Counted from the stretch's first letter, positions 28,172 through 38,635 are shown. The stretch: DNA of 64,000 bases from Aigarchaeota archaeon (GCA_025059205.1 JANXDS010000001.1:361582-425581), one strand, 5' to 3'. Made by a program: numbers and translations. The notes: a model not told the origin generated them from the sequence alone.

Positions 28172-29035
28172 TTATGTAAAACCTCCTACTATAAAGGAGA
28201 TTAGGGCTATAAACATCCATGCTAAGGATTGGTTCTTCACTTTTATGGCGTTCTCCTTTGTCGGTGACTTAATTATCGAGATCGAAGAGTATACGAAGCC
28301 AGAGTCGCACACGAGCACTATAGGTATGTATAAGGACGAGACGTAACCGAGAACATAGGGTAATGGGCTGAGGCAGACCGCTGAAACGTAAAGGACCGCG
28401 CCTAGCACGGCTGCCTTCTTTTCGCCTATGCTCCTAGCCACGGATCTCACGCCCCTGAGCGCATCACCTTCTACATCGGATATGCCTTTGATGACTTCCC
28501 TCCCGGTATTCGCTAAGAAGGCTAGTAAAGCGAAGATGAGTACCCTTTCTCCGACTGTACCGTCAATCATAAGTGAACCGTATACAAACGGCGCTACGAC
28601 GTTGAAGCTGACCAGCATGTTTCCAGGCAACCCGGTCGTTTTCACGAACGAGTTGTATAGAATGGCAGAGGTGTATGCCACGGTAGCGAAGGCTAAGCAA
28701 ACGTAGGAAGTGAATGTAGCGGCGATTAGACCTAACGCTCCTAAGATGAGGGAAAAGATAATGGCACCCTTAGGTGAGACTATGCCCGAGGGTATCGGTC
28801 TGCTCGGTAAGTTTATCGCGTCAACATCCTTATCGAAGTAGTCGTTTATCGCCATGGAGCTCCCGTTGAGGGAGAATGCGGTTACGAAAGCCAGTATTGC
28901 CTGGTATGCGGTTATGGTCCTGCCCTCTGAGAAAAGCACGCCTACGAGTACTGCTATGAACATCATGATTCCGTTTTGTGGTCTTGTTAACTTAATGTAG
29001 GCGACGAGTTTGTTGAGGTTAAGCTTTCTAGACAT
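28172..29035 (-). CDS. Digeranylgeranylglyceryl phosphate synthase (UbiA family)
   Basis: LTRPQN, INDYFDKDVD, RPIPSG, REVIKGISDVEGD. Confidence 0.85.
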   Translation of the reverse strand: MSRKLNLNKLVAYIKLTRPQNGIMMFIAVLVGVLFSEGRTITAYQAILAFVTAFSLNGSSMAINDYFDKDVDAINLPSRPIPSGIVSPKGAIIFSLILGALGLIAATFTSYVCLAFATVAYTSAILYNSFVKTTGLPGNMLVSFNVVAPFVYGSLMIDGTVGERVLIFALLAFLANTGREVIKGISDVEGDALRGVRSVARSIGEKKAAVLGAVLYVSAVCLSPLPYVLGYVSSLYIPIVLVCDSGFVYSSISIIKSPTKENAIKVKNQSLAWMFIALISFIVGGFT

Positions 29036-29597
29036 TTCTCAAATCGACCTGGCTCGCCAGATAGTAAACTATCTCGTTCCTCCTATCGACGACGGAAATC
29101 ACCATCTCCTTCTTAAGGGCCCTACAGATGGACAAAAGATGCTTAACCTTGCTGAGCTTAATGCTCTTACCTTCGTTCAAAGGCGCTATCAAATACTTTG
29201 CCGCCTCCTTCTGGAACTCGCCCCTTTCAAACACTCTAAAGACCAGGTCTGGACTAATCCCCTCCTTAACAGTGTAACGTCTGTTTCTTAGGTCCCTATA
29301 GATTACGTAATCCCTCCATAATGTCTCGCTTTTGCCCTCGAGGGCGGAGAGTAGCTCGTTAAACGACATATCAGAACTCCCCGAGATGACGGATGCCATC
29401 TTATTCTCGAGTAAGTAAAGGGCCTCTACATTGTTATAGATGATTATTCCGCTTTCCTTGTCAAGTTGACCGTAGCCCTTCGACAACAAGGCTAGAGATT
29501 GCTCCGATACTTCTGTGTAAACCTTCTCACCGTCGAAATACAGTTTGAGTTTAGCTAATGACGTTTCTTCGGGAGGCATGACCGTTCGTCTCCTCAT
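29028..29597 (-). CDS. tRNA splicing endonuclease, probably the structural (non-catalytic) subunit
   Basis: VEALYL and VYRDLRNRRYTV motifs; the catalytic KYG/KFG and downstream His positions are not evident. Confidence 0.75.
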   Translation of the reverse strand: MRRRTVMPPEETSLAKLKLYFDGEKVYTEVSEQSLALLSKGYGQLDKESGIIIYNNVEALYLLENKMASVISGSSDMSFNELLSALEGKSETLWRDYVIYRDLRNRRYTVKEGISPDLVFRVFERGEFQKEAAKYLIAPLNEGKSIKLSKVKHLLSICRALKKEMVISVVDRRNEIVYYLASQVDLRNV

Positions 29598-29635
29598 AAG
29601 AAGTCTCGGTATAAATTCTAAAAACCATTCTGTTG

Positions 29636-29929
29636 CTACTTAACTATGCCTACTATTAAGCCTACGAGGAGGCCGGCGGCCAGCATGGGATAAGCCTTCA
29701 AAATACTGAGAAAGCTCTCTGCAACCCCTTCTAAGGACTTCAGGATAGCGAAGACCTCGCCAGGGCTTGGCAATATGAATCCCGCTATCGTTATACCAAC
29801 GACGCTCAGTATAATTATGGCAGCTACTATTAGGAGCGCACCCTTTAAAACTTTGGTGACACCGAAGCCTATGAGGAATCCCACCACGAATAGAATTATG
29901 TTAGTTATCAGCACGGCATAATCTATCAT
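29636..29929 (-). CDS. FUN14-like small membrane protein
   Basis: GFLIGFGVTKVLK pattern with hydrophobic helices. Confidence 0.55.
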   Translation of the reverse strand: MIDYAVLITNIILFVVGFLIGFGVTKVLKGALLIVAAIIILSVVGITIAGFILPSPGEVFAILKSLEGVAESFLSILKAYPMLAAGLLVGLIVGIVK

Positions 29930-30019
29930 GAATAAGTCTTACCCCCTAGTTGCATATATCTATTACAGTAACGAAACATCTTTTTTATACCGGCCTAACC
30001 GACAAAAATAGATCGCAGT

Positions 30020-31564
30020 ATGGCTAAGCTGAGACTTCACTGGCTTGAAAGACTCATCCTTCGGACACTGATAGAGAAAGGCAGACCTATGGAATACGGC
30101 GAGGTTGCTAATACGATATCGAAGGATGAAGGCGCCGTGGCTAAAGCCGCGCTCTGGCTTAAGGAGAAAGGGTTGATCGAGATAAGGGAGACATCCATAA
30201 GGATGGCCAAGCTGGGTACGACAGGAATAGAGTATCTCAAGAACGGTCTTCCAGAAAGGAGGCTTGTGAATATCCTGAAAAACGCTGGAGGTTACATGAG
30301 CGTAAGCGAGCTTGAGAAGGAACACCTCTTGCGAGGCGAGTTGGCGGTCGCGATAATGTGGGCTAAGAAGAAGGGTTGGGTAACTATCGAGAACCATGAC
30401 GGCTCTAGAATCGTTAAGCTCGTTGGCGAATTACCCGAGGTTACGGCTGAGGAGGAGCTATTGGAAATGCTTGGAAGAAGTGAATTGAGGGTTGACACCC
30501 TGCCTCCGAAGCTTTTGAATGCTTGCCTCGAACTTTCCGGTAGGCCAAAGGTTGTGGATTTGTACGAGGAGAGGAAGCACACGATGGTTTTGACTGAGCT
30601 AGCGCGCAGCATACCGCCAGAAGAGTTGGAATTAGAGCGGCCTGTGGTCACTAAGTTGACACCTGAGCTGCTGATAACCGGCAAGTGGCGCGATTTTGAG
30701 CTAAGCCCCTTCGATATACACGCACCGACAAAACCAGTTTTTGTAGCAAAGCGTCATCCCCTTACAACGCTCATTAAACTGATAAAGGATGTCTTCATCG
30801 AGCTCGGTTTCGAGGAGATAAAGGGCCCGCTCGTCGAACTCGCGTTCTGGAACTTTGATGCGCTATTCCAACCTCAGGACCATCCAGCAAGAGAAATGCA
30901 CGACACTTTTTACCTGGCGTATCCTAACGTCGGCAGGCTTCCGGAAAAGTTCGTTGAACCAGTGAAACGATCGCATGAGTTCGGTGGCGATACCGGCTCC
31001 AGAGGATGGAGGTATAAGTGGAGCGAGCAGGAGGCCAGAAAACTTGTACTCAGGACACATACAACCGCGACGACCATCAGGCATCTTGCGTACCACAACG
31101 AACCTCCCGTCAAAGCATTCTCGGTCGACAGAATATACAGGAACGAAAAGGTCGACTGGAAGCACCTCGCCGAATTCCACCAAGTAGAAGGAATAATAAT
31201 GGATAAGAAAGCGACGTTTAGAGAACTGATGGGGCTCATAAAGGAGTTCTGCAGCAGAATAGGTCTTAAGGAGATAGTATTCAGACCATCCTACTTCCCC
31301 TACACCGAGCCGTCGGCAGAGGTTACCGTCTACATGCCCGAGAAGCGCGAGTGGTTGGAGCTCTTCGGGATGGGTATATTCAGGCCGGAGGTTACCGCTC
31401 CGTTGGGCGTTAGGTATCCGGTGCTGGCATGGGGTGGTGGTCTGGAAAGGTTAGCCATGGCACTATTCAAACTTGACGACATAAGAACACTGTACGCCAA
31501 CGACCTCGGCTGGATAAGGGATACAGCCAGGGTTTACGTGGACCTAAAAAGCGGAAGGTTATAA
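30020..31564 (+). CDS. pheS: Phenylalanine--tRNA ligase alpha subunit (archaeal long form)
   Basis: FWNFDALFQPQDHPAREMHDTF, LRTHTT, EFHQVEG, YFPYTEPS, WGGGLER. Confidence 0.97.
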   Translation: MAKLRLHWLERLILRTLIEKGRPMEYGEVANTISKDEGAVAKAALWLKEKGLIEIRETSIRMAKLGTTGIEYLKNGLPERRLVNILKNAGGYMSVSELEKEHLLRGELAVAIMWAKKKGWVTIENHDGSRIVKLVGELPEVTAEEELLEMLGRSELRVDTLPPKLLNACLELSGRPKVVDLYEERKHTMVLTELARSIPPEELELERPVVTKLTPELLITGKWRDFELSPFDIHAPTKPVFVAKRHPLTTLIKLIKDVFIELGFEEIKGPLVELAFWNFDALFQPQDHPAREMHDTFYLAYPNVGRLPEKFVEPVKRSHEFGGDTGSRGWRYKWSEQEARKLVLRTHTTATTIRHLAYHNEPPVKAFSVDRIYRNEKVDWKHLAEFHQVEGIIMDKKATFRELMGLIKEFCSRIGLKEIVFRPSYFPYTEPSAEVTVYMPEKREWLELFGMGIFRPEVTAPLGVRYPVLAWGGGLERLAMALFKLDDIRTLYANDLGWIRDTARVYVDLKSGRL

Positions 31565-31602
31565 ACATGTTAAAAATTTAAGAAAGTCGTGATGTAAAGC
31601 AC

Positions 31603-32859
31603 ATGGTCAAAGTTAGCCCGTTTAATCTGTTGGTATTCGGAATAAACCTCGTGCTAATTCCTTTGATGCTTTACATCATGTTTTCTCTCGCAGAACATCT
31701 TAACATCGGCGCTTGGGACTTTTTTCTGACTTTTCTTCCTGCATTCGTTTTAGACTACAGCAGAGCAGTCGGCAAATCCATAATACTGCCCGTCTACGAG
31801 TTGATCAGGAAACCTCCGCGGCCTGCGTATACACCTACTATAAGCGTTATAATACCTGCTCATAATGAAGAGAGAACAATAGCTGCCTGCATATCCTCTG
31901 TACTTGAAAACGATTACAAGTTTAAAGAGGTCGTAGTTGTGGACGACGGTTCTACCGACGGAACGTATATGGTGGCATCGAAGTTTAAAGAGCAGATAAA
32001 GCTTCTATCGAGACCCAAAGGTGGAATTAAGACGTATGCGTTGAACTACGGTCTGGGTTTTGCTAAGGGTGAACTCATAGTAACGGTCGATGCCGACACG
32101 ATCGTCTCGAGAGATGCCCTTAGCAAGATTGCCGCGTATTTTTCTAATCCACGCGTAATGGCCGCGAGTGGAAACTTGAGGGTGGTCAATGCGAACAAGA
32201 ACCTTCTAACCAGGTTACAGTCGTATGAGTACGTGATAGCGTTTGACATAGGTAGGAGGTTACAGGCTCTGTTCAGAACATTGCTCATAATACCCGGCGC
32301 GAAGTCCATCATAAGAAAGCGCATTCTGGAAGCCATCGGAGGGTTCGATCCAGTCCTTGGTGAAGATTTCGACCTTACCCTAAAAGTACACAAGATAAGG
32401 GGCAGGGTTATCTTCATACCCGATTGTTATGCATTCACAGAAGTTCCCGAAACTTGGCGCTCATGGTTCAAGCAAAGGGAAAGGTGGCACAGGAGTCAAA
32501 TTAGGGTCTTGATAAGGCATAGGAACATCTTTTTCAGGAGAGTGTTTGGAACACCCGGCATTCTGGGCGCACCGGACATGGTTCTGATGGACGTACTATC
32601 CGTCATCATTAGACCGACATGGTTCGCATATTTCATATACGTGCACAATGTCGTGAGCATTGGATTTCTATTGTTGTTGTTTTACCTTACGGTAGAACTG
32701 CACACGGTTCTAAGCGCTTTTTCTGTACTCGAATTCTTATCCGACTTAAAGAACGCATACTTGCTGCCTTTGTTTTCGTTGTTCTACAGACCGGTATACT
32801 CCATCGTTAGGTTCTATGCTTACGTAATCGAGCTAATCAAACCAAGCCTTCGGTGGTGA
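31603..32859 (+). CDS. Processive GT2 glycosyltransferase (PgaC/cellulose-synthase-like)
   Basis: DDGSTD, DAD, GED, QRERW (QxxRW); N- and C-terminal TM segments. Confidence 0.9.
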   Translation: MVKVSPFNLLVFGINLVLIPLMLYIMFSLAEHLNIGAWDFFLTFLPAFVLDYSRAVGKSIILPVYELIRKPPRPAYTPTISVIIPAHNEERTIAACISSVLENDYKFKEVVVVDDGSTDGTYMVASKFKEQIKLLSRPKGGIKTYALNYGLGFAKGELIVTVDADTIVSRDALSKIAAYFSNPRVMAASGNLRVVNANKNLLTRLQSYEYVIAFDIGRRLQALFRTLLIIPGAKSIIRKRILEAIGGFDPVLGEDFDLTLKVHKIRGRVIFIPDCYAFTEVPETWRSWFKQRERWHRSQIRVLIRHRNIFFRRVFGTPGILGAPDMVLMDVLSVIIRPTWFAYFIYVHNVVSIGFLLLLFYLTVELHTVLSAFSVLEFLSDLKNAYLLPLFSLFYRPVYSIVRFYAYVIELIKPSLRW

Positions 32860-32860
32860 C

Positions 32861-33841
32861 TTAACGTACTAGCAGATTTTTTATAGTATTGTCTATCGTA
32901 AGAGCGAGATTATCTATCAAAATTTCAACGTCTTCAGCCTCCACTACGGTTATTCCGTAATATTTTGCCAAGGCTTTTGCTTTCTCATTCATCCTTGGAA
33001 CTACAGCGAGTATCGCGTTTCTTATTCCAGTGTCAATAATTTTTGCGTAGAATGCAAGCACATGTACCTCCTCAGTGATATCCATATGAATATCTACGAC
33101 TATATTTGGGGTTTCACGCAAACTGTGCTCATATGGCCATAGAGCTAACGTAAATGTATGCTCAATTCCCGATCTGCCCTTTATCTTATAGTCTTTCTTC
33201 GCAACCCAGCCGAGTGCGGAGACCCTCTGGACGATTGGCGCTAAGTTAAACGTAAATTTTGCTAAGAGTTCGCGCTTAGTATAGTCCAGCGTGTATGTGC
33301 TGACATCCATGTACTTCGCCTCATCTATTGTCTGCTGTTCTTCGCACGTCCAACATTTAAGCAAAATAATCGGGTTCTGTGTTATGTTGCCACAATCATT
33401 ACATACATACTGTATACCGGGCTTTATATAATCGACACCTAGTGCCCTGAGCTTCTTTTTACATTTAGGGCACACATACCCGCGCTCGATAAACACCGAC
33501 TCCAACTCTGTGTATCCGCACGTCAAATGCTGGATGAGCATTCCCTTTCTTAGGTTTAAAGAATTACAATTCGGACAACAGTACATTATCCTGAACGACG
33601 CACCACCACATTTTCTACAAACTACAACGTTCTCCTTCTGCTTTTTTATGAGGAACCCTTCTTCGTGTAAGGCTTCGAGCGTAGGTCGTACGTTGCTCTT
33701 TAATTCAGCCTCCGCATCTGGATATGTTATGCCGAGCTTTGGGTCAACAGTTGCCGAAAGTTCCTTGATAGCACCGTCCCTCATCTTTTGAAGTAGCATG
33801 CGTACTTCGTGCCTCTTCGTTACGGAATATTCGCTACTCAT
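32861..33841 (-). CDS. TackOD1-like multi-zinc-finger protein with C-terminal restriction-endonuclease-like domain
   Basis: CRKC, CPNC, HLTCG, CPKC..LRALGVDY, CNDC, CWTC; C-terminal IKGRSGIEHTF. Confidence 0.7.
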   Translation of the reverse strand: MSSEYSVTKRHEVRMLLQKMRDGAIKELSATVDPKLGITYPDAEAELKSNVRPTLEALHEEGFLIKKQKENVVVCRKCGGASFRIMYCCPNCNSLNLRKGMLIQHLTCGYTELESVFIERGYVCPKCKKKLRALGVDYIKPGIQYVCNDCGNITQNPIILLKCWTCEEQQTIDEAKYMDVSTYTLDYTKRELLAKFTFNLAPIVQRVSALGWVAKKDYKIKGRSGIEHTFTLALWPYEHSLRETPNIVVDIHMDITEEVHVLAFYAKIIDTGIRNAILAVVPRMNEKAKALAKYYGITVVEAEDVEILIDNLALTIDNTIKNLLVR

Positions 33842-33958
33842 TCGTTATTTCAAATTTACTTCGAAGATCTTGATATAAGTACTTTTTCAAACTTATATAT
33901 TCTTAAGAACAAGTTCGGTAGCAGCTTGGTAGTGCCGCAAATTAATTAAAGCGCGTAG

Positions 33959-35644
33959 GTGAACTGGTCTATGCCGATACTCAACCTGAAGCTGGAGAGG
34001 TTTTTTAAACTACTGCACCAAGAACTCGACAAAGATGGCTTGGTAGAGGCCTTGACGGGCATCGGTGTCGCTATTGAGGAGTTGGGAGCGGACTACGTTA
34101 AGGTGGAGTACAACCCAAACAGGCCGGACTTTTCCAGTCCTGTTGGTCTTGCAAGGGCGCTCAAGGGTATTCTCGGGATAGAGGTCGGTATACCCAAATT
34201 TCGTGTACTCCCTCCCAAGACATTCGTAAAGGTCGATAGAAGCGTTAAGAGCGTTAGGCCTTGGATCGTGGCGGCCTACGTTGAGAATCTTAACCTATCG
34301 GCAGAAGACATCGAGGAACTTATAGCTATGCAAGAGGACCTACACTGGGTCGTTGGGAGAAACAGGAGGAAAGTGGCCATAGGTTTACACAACGCTAGCG
34401 CCATAAAGCCGCCGATAATCTACAAAGCGGTGAAAGGTGACGAGATAAGCTTCGTACCACTCAAGGACTTTAAAAGGATGACGCCTCAAGAGATAGTCGA
34501 AAAATGTGAAGTCGGACGTAAGTACGGCCATATAGTGGCTGGAACCGGATTGTTCCCGATCATCATGGACTCACGTGGCGAGGTGCTTTCGCTCCCGCCC
34601 ATAATAAACGCAGCGCTGACTGAGTTGACCGAGGGAACAGAGACGCTCTTCATCGACGTAACAGGAACCGACCTGGAGGCTGTGAGCGGTGCTTTAAACA
34701 TATTGACGACGGCGCTGGCGGACATCGGCGGAAGGATCAGACAGGTGAGAATACTATACGATGACACAAAAATGATAACGCCGGATCTAAGGACAAAACC
34801 TTGGAAGCTTAAGCTAAGCTATGCTAACGAATTACTCGGCCTGAACATCTCTATGAAAGATGCTGTAAGAGCGTTAAGAAAGTCAAGGATCGGTGTTAAA
34901 AAAGTCAGGGGCGACACGATATTCGCCGAGGTGCCTGCATACCGGCTTGACATCATGCATCCGGTTGATCTAGTTGAGGAGATAGCCATGGGCCTTGGAT
35001 ATAAGAACTTACCACCGGTCATACCCAGGACCTTAGTTTTTGGAAAGCATCACCCTGACACAACTTTCGAGGACGTATGTAGGGAAATAATGTTTGGACT
35101 CGGCTTCACGGAGGTCGTAAACTTTACACTATCGAACAGCACGAGAGACTATCTTTGGATGAAAATCGAACCGCAAGATCCCGTGAAGATCCTTAATCCG
35201 GTCTCGGCCGAGTACGACATACTTAGGACGTGGCTCATTCCAGGCCTGCTTTATAATTTAGCTATGAATAAACACAGTCCTTATCCACATAGACTTTTTG
35301 AGATAGGTGATGTGTTAAAGGTTGACGAATCCTTAGACGAATGCGTTAGGAGAGAATCTAGGCTAGCGTTCGTAAGTTCCCATGCAGATACGTCGTTCTC
35401 AGAAGTTAAATCCATCACGGAGGAATTACTGAGAAGTCTCGGCTTAAGGGAATGGGCTTTGAGAGAAGTTAGTCATGCCAGCTTCATCGACGGAAGAGTT
35501 GCAGAGGTTGAAGTGAATGGGGTTAAGATAGGGATAATGGGTGAGATAAGCCCAGAAGTCCTAGAGGCATTCGGTATAACGATGCCCGTAAGCGCGGTCG
35601 AGATAGAGCTACAGAAAGTTCGCGCTTTGCTCAGTGAACTATAA
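33959..35644 (+). CDS. pheT: Phenylalanine--tRNA ligase beta subunit
   Basis: PNRPDF, QEDLH, RRKVAIGLH, SLPPIINA, DLVEEIAMGLGY, LRTWLIPGL. Confidence 0.96.
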   Translation: MNWSMPILNLKLERFFKLLHQELDKDGLVEALTGIGVAIEELGADYVKVEYNPNRPDFSSPVGLARALKGILGIEVGIPKFRVLPPKTFVKVDRSVKSVRPWIVAAYVENLNLSAEDIEELIAMQEDLHWVVGRNRRKVAIGLHNASAIKPPIIYKAVKGDEISFVPLKDFKRMTPQEIVEKCEVGRKYGHIVAGTGLFPIIMDSRGEVLSLPPIINAALTELTEGTETLFIDVTGTDLEAVSGALNILTTALADIGGRIRQVRILYDDTKMITPDLRTKPWKLKLSYANELLGLNISMKDAVRALRKSRIGVKKVRGDTIFAEVPAYRLDIMHPVDLVEEIAMGLGYKNLPPVIPRTLVFGKHHPDTTFEDVCREIMFGLGFTEVVNFTLSNSTRDYLWMKIEPQDPVKILNPVSAEYDILRTWLIPGLLYNLAMNKHSPYPHRLFEIGDVLKVDESLDECVRRESRLAFVSSHADTSFSEVKSITEELLRSLGLREWALREVSHASFIDGRVAEVEVNGVKIGIMGEISPEVLEAFGITMPVSAVEIELQKVRALLSEL

Positions 35645-35678
35645 ACGGTTTTAAGCATGTTCTACCGATTTTATAACT

Positions 35679-35759
35679 GCCCCACCATGCCTTGAGCCGC
35701 ACCAAGAAAGGGTTGCCGCCCTAATCTATGAAGTGCGGTGTTCGTGGTGGGGCAAAATC
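35679..35759 (+). ncRNA. Structured intergenic RNA, H/ACA-guide-like
   Basis: GCCCCACCA/TGGTGGGGC lower stem, internal loop, GCCGCAC/GTGCGGT upper stem, GA/GA k-turn-like motif, ANA box; TTTTAA about 30 nt upstream. Confidence 0.5.
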
Positions 35760-35825
35760 CTATGCACTATTTTTAAATATTCATGTATTAGGTAGCTGCA
35801 TAGGTTTAGAAGGGAAGGGATTTAT

Positions 35826-36917
35826 TTGGATATAGAAACAAGGATCACTTTGATCACTAGAGCGCCGACCGAAGAGGTGATAACGCCTCAAGAATTAAGA
35901 CAGCTCCTCGAAACTAATGATAAACCGATCGCTTACGATGGGTTCGAGCCAAGCGGTTTTGCCCATATACCCTTTGCGGTACTCAGGGCAATAAAGTTGA
36001 AGGACATGCTAGACGCCGGTTGTAGGTTCAAGCTATTGCTTGCCGACTGGCATGCGATGGTAAACAAGAAGATGGGCGGTGACCTGGAGAAGATAAGAAA
36101 AGTTGGTGAGTACCTCGTCGAGGTTTGGAAAGCCTCAGGAATAGACGTCAATAGAGTGGAGATAGTTTGGGCTAACGATATTGCGGCCGATAGAGAGTAC
36201 TGGAAGCTGGTCATAAGCGTAGCGAAAGAGGCCACGCTCAAGAGGTTCCTTAGGTGTCTTCCCATCATGGGCAGACAGGAAGGCGAACTTCAGGAGGCTG
36301 CGCAACTCTTCTATCCAGCAATGCAGGTCGCCGATATATTCTATCTTGGGGTTGACATATGCCAGCTCGGTCTCGACCAGAGGAGGGCCAATATGCTCGC
36401 GAGAGAAATCGCCCCGAAGCTTGGACTGCCAAAACCTGTAGCGGTACACCATCATATGCTTATGGGTCTAACGGGACCCGTGGGAGCAAAGGGTCTTGAC
36501 GACGATTCCGAGATAGATATGCAAATAAGCTCCAAGATGAGCAAAAGCGTACCCGAGAGTAGCATATACGTGCACGACAGCAGGGAGGTTTTAGAAGAAA
36601 AGATTATGAAGGCTTACTGTCCGCCTAAGGATACAAAATCGAACCCGATAATAGAGTACTGTAAGTACATAATCTTCCCGAAACTCGGAAAGCTTTACAT
36701 AGAAAGACCACAAAAATACGGCGGAGACGTGCTCTATGAGGATTTCGAGCAGTTGAAGGAGGATTACGAACTTGGACGCATTCACCCGTTAGACCTAAAA
36801 AGAGCGGTCGTAGACGCGCTAGATAAGATACTCGAGCCGATAAGGGCGTACTTCGAAAATAACAAGAGGGCTAAGGAGCTTTTCGAAACGATCTCAAGCT
36901 ACGAGATCACTAGATGA
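35826..36917 (+). CDS. tyrS: Tyrosine--tRNA ligase (archaeal)
   Basis: YDGFEPSG, LLADWHA, YPAMQVAD, GLDQRR, KMSKS. Confidence 0.95.
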   Translation: MDIETRITLITRAPTEEVITPQELRQLLETNDKPIAYDGFEPSGFAHIPFAVLRAIKLKDMLDAGCRFKLLLADWHAMVNKKMGGDLEKIRKVGEYLVEVWKASGIDVNRVEIVWANDIAADREYWKLVISVAKEATLKRFLRCLPIMGRQEGELQEAAQLFYPAMQVADIFYLGVDICQLGLDQRRANMLAREIAPKLGLPKPVAVHHHMLMGLTGPVGAKGLDDDSEIDMQISSKMSKSVPESSIYVHDSREVLEEKIMKAYCPPKDTKSNPIIEYCKYIIFPKLGKLYIERPQKYGGDVLYEDFEQLKEDYELGRIHPLDLKRAVVDALDKILEPIRAYFENNKRAKELFETISSYEITR

Positions 36918-38120
36918 TTTCCTGAAAATTACGTAGAGCGAATAGAGGATGAACCCTAGAAGGAGAAAGGACCTAGCAATCGCCATCCATTGTATGGGTG
37001 AGTCTATACCCCACGGCTCGACCGTATATTTTATGCCCAGTATGTTTTGTATGAAACCCGAAAACCCTACGACAATTATTGCAGAATTCAAAACCTCAAA
37101 TATTATAAAGAGCGGGTACGGTGCTACGGCTAGAAGCGTAAAGAAAGGAAGGAGCATAATGTTCATCTGTGGTGTGTAGACATAATTTGCGAACAGGAAC
37201 CAAGCCATAACTAACCAGGATGCCAGTATAATTTTGACGTGTTTTTGGAACGAGGTTTTGTGTGCCACGATCAGCGGCATGATGAGCAGCATTGGCATCA
37301 ATCCTGCTGACAGCGCTCTGGCGTTTGGGTCGAACATGTCAAAAAACAATATTTGCCAGTTGCACTCTACGTACCACGAAGCATGGTATTCCCAAAAACT
37401 TAACCAATTTCTCGGATTTAGGAGGATGGCCGGAAGATTCACGAGAAAATAAGTTATGAGTGCCGCTGCGATGAATCTTATTTTTCTTCTAAAATCGCCA
37501 CAAGTCATTAGTATAGCGACCGAAGGAATCGCCGTTATAAAGTTGGATGCGGCTGAAATTCCGAGAAAGATGCCGGAAGATGTGATCCTACCCTCTATGG
37601 ATAGTCTGATTGCCCTTATCATGAAGTAGACTCCCAGGATGTACCAGTTGAGGAGGTTCATGAAAAGCATGCTCGGCGTGATTATAAGGTATGCGTAGAT
37701 CCTTTTCTTCTCGACGCCGAATAGACCACAAAGCCTTCTAACCTCCGAGACCGTTAAGAACGTCAAAATAAACAAGATCGCCGAAGTGATCGTATAGTAA
37801 AGCAAGAGAGCGGTATAGTATTCTTTGGTTAATAGACTTGCCATGAGGCCGGACACGTATGCCAAGGCAGCAGTTATTACCGGGTACTCGAAGAAGACTT
37901 CAGCATATGGAGCTTTTGGTGGAAAACCTTCTAACCTGACTTGGTACACTGAGACTATGTCGCTGTAGATATGGCCACCACCGTAGGGTATGTGAAGCCA
38001 GAAACCGATAAGAAATATGAGAATAGTTACGAGTAAAAATAAACAACGTTCTTCAAGTTCATTACTTATTGAAGTTTTGAGCTCGTCCAATTCATTCGTT
38101 GACTTTTGAGCTTTTAGCAT
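36894..38120 (-). CDS. GT-C fold membrane glycosyltransferase (GT87/DUF2029-like)
   Basis: YSDI and FEYPV motifs in a multi-TM protein. Confidence 0.65.
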   Translation of the reverse strand: MLKAQKSTNELDELKTSISNELEERCLFLLVTILIFLIGFWLHIPYGGGHIYSDIVSVYQVRLEGFPPKAPYAEVFFEYPVITAALAYVSGLMASLLTKEYYTALLLYYTITSAILFILTFLTVSEVRRLCGLFGVEKKRIYAYLIITPSMLFMNLLNWYILGVYFMIRAIRLSIEGRITSSGIFLGISAASNFITAIPSVAILMTCGDFRRKIRFIAAALITYFLVNLPAILLNPRNWLSFWEYHASWYVECNWQILFFDMFDPNARALSAGLMPMLLIMPLIVAHKTSFQKHVKIILASWLVMAWFLFANYVYTPQMNIMLLPFFTLLAVAPYPLFIIFEVLNSAIIVVGFSGFIQNILGIKYTVEPWGIDSPIQWMAIARSFLLLGFILYSLYVIFRKSSSDLVA

Positions 38121-38251
38121 ATATTAAAATTAAATGTTTAGACAGCGTGCCGAAGGGTTTAAAAGTAGCCAGCTTTGCTGTTCAAACTAAGAACTGTTCT
38201 TTGTAAGGGGGTGGGACGGACCACTCCTTCACTTCAAAAGAGGTGATCTGA

Positions 38252-38635
38252 GTGAAGGGGTTGGGGCGGCATCTGATAGTGGAACTATATGGGTGTGATG
38301 TTTCAATCCTCGGAGACTTAGAAGCTCTGAGGACGACCTTACTCGAGGCTGCGGAAGCCTCGGGGGCTAAAGTTCTCGGAGAGTTTTTTAAAAAGTTTCC
38401 GAGAGGAGGTGGTGTTACCGGTATCTTAGCCATTGCGGAGTCTCATCTATCAGTACATACATGGCCAGAATACAGTTACGCTGCCGTTGACCTATTCACA
38501 TGCGGAGACCACGTGGATCCTTGGAAGGCATACGAGATAATCTGCAGAAATATGAAACCAACCCGTACACACGTCAGGGAGCTTAAGCGCGGACTCATAG
38601 AGGTTGAAGAGATTTGGGAGAAGTCGGAGGAGTAA
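38252..38635 (+). CDS. speD: Pyruvoyl S-adenosylmethionine decarboxylase proenzyme
   Basis: HLIVELYGC, IAE/SHLSVHTWPE, DLFTCG; adjacent to speE. Confidence 0.88.
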   Translation: MKGLGRHLIVELYGCDVSILGDLEALRTTLLEAAEASGAKVLGEFFKKFPRGGGVTGILAIAESHLSVHTWPEYSYAAVDLFTCGDHVDPWKAYEIICRNMKPTRTHVRELKRGLIEVEEIWEKSEE

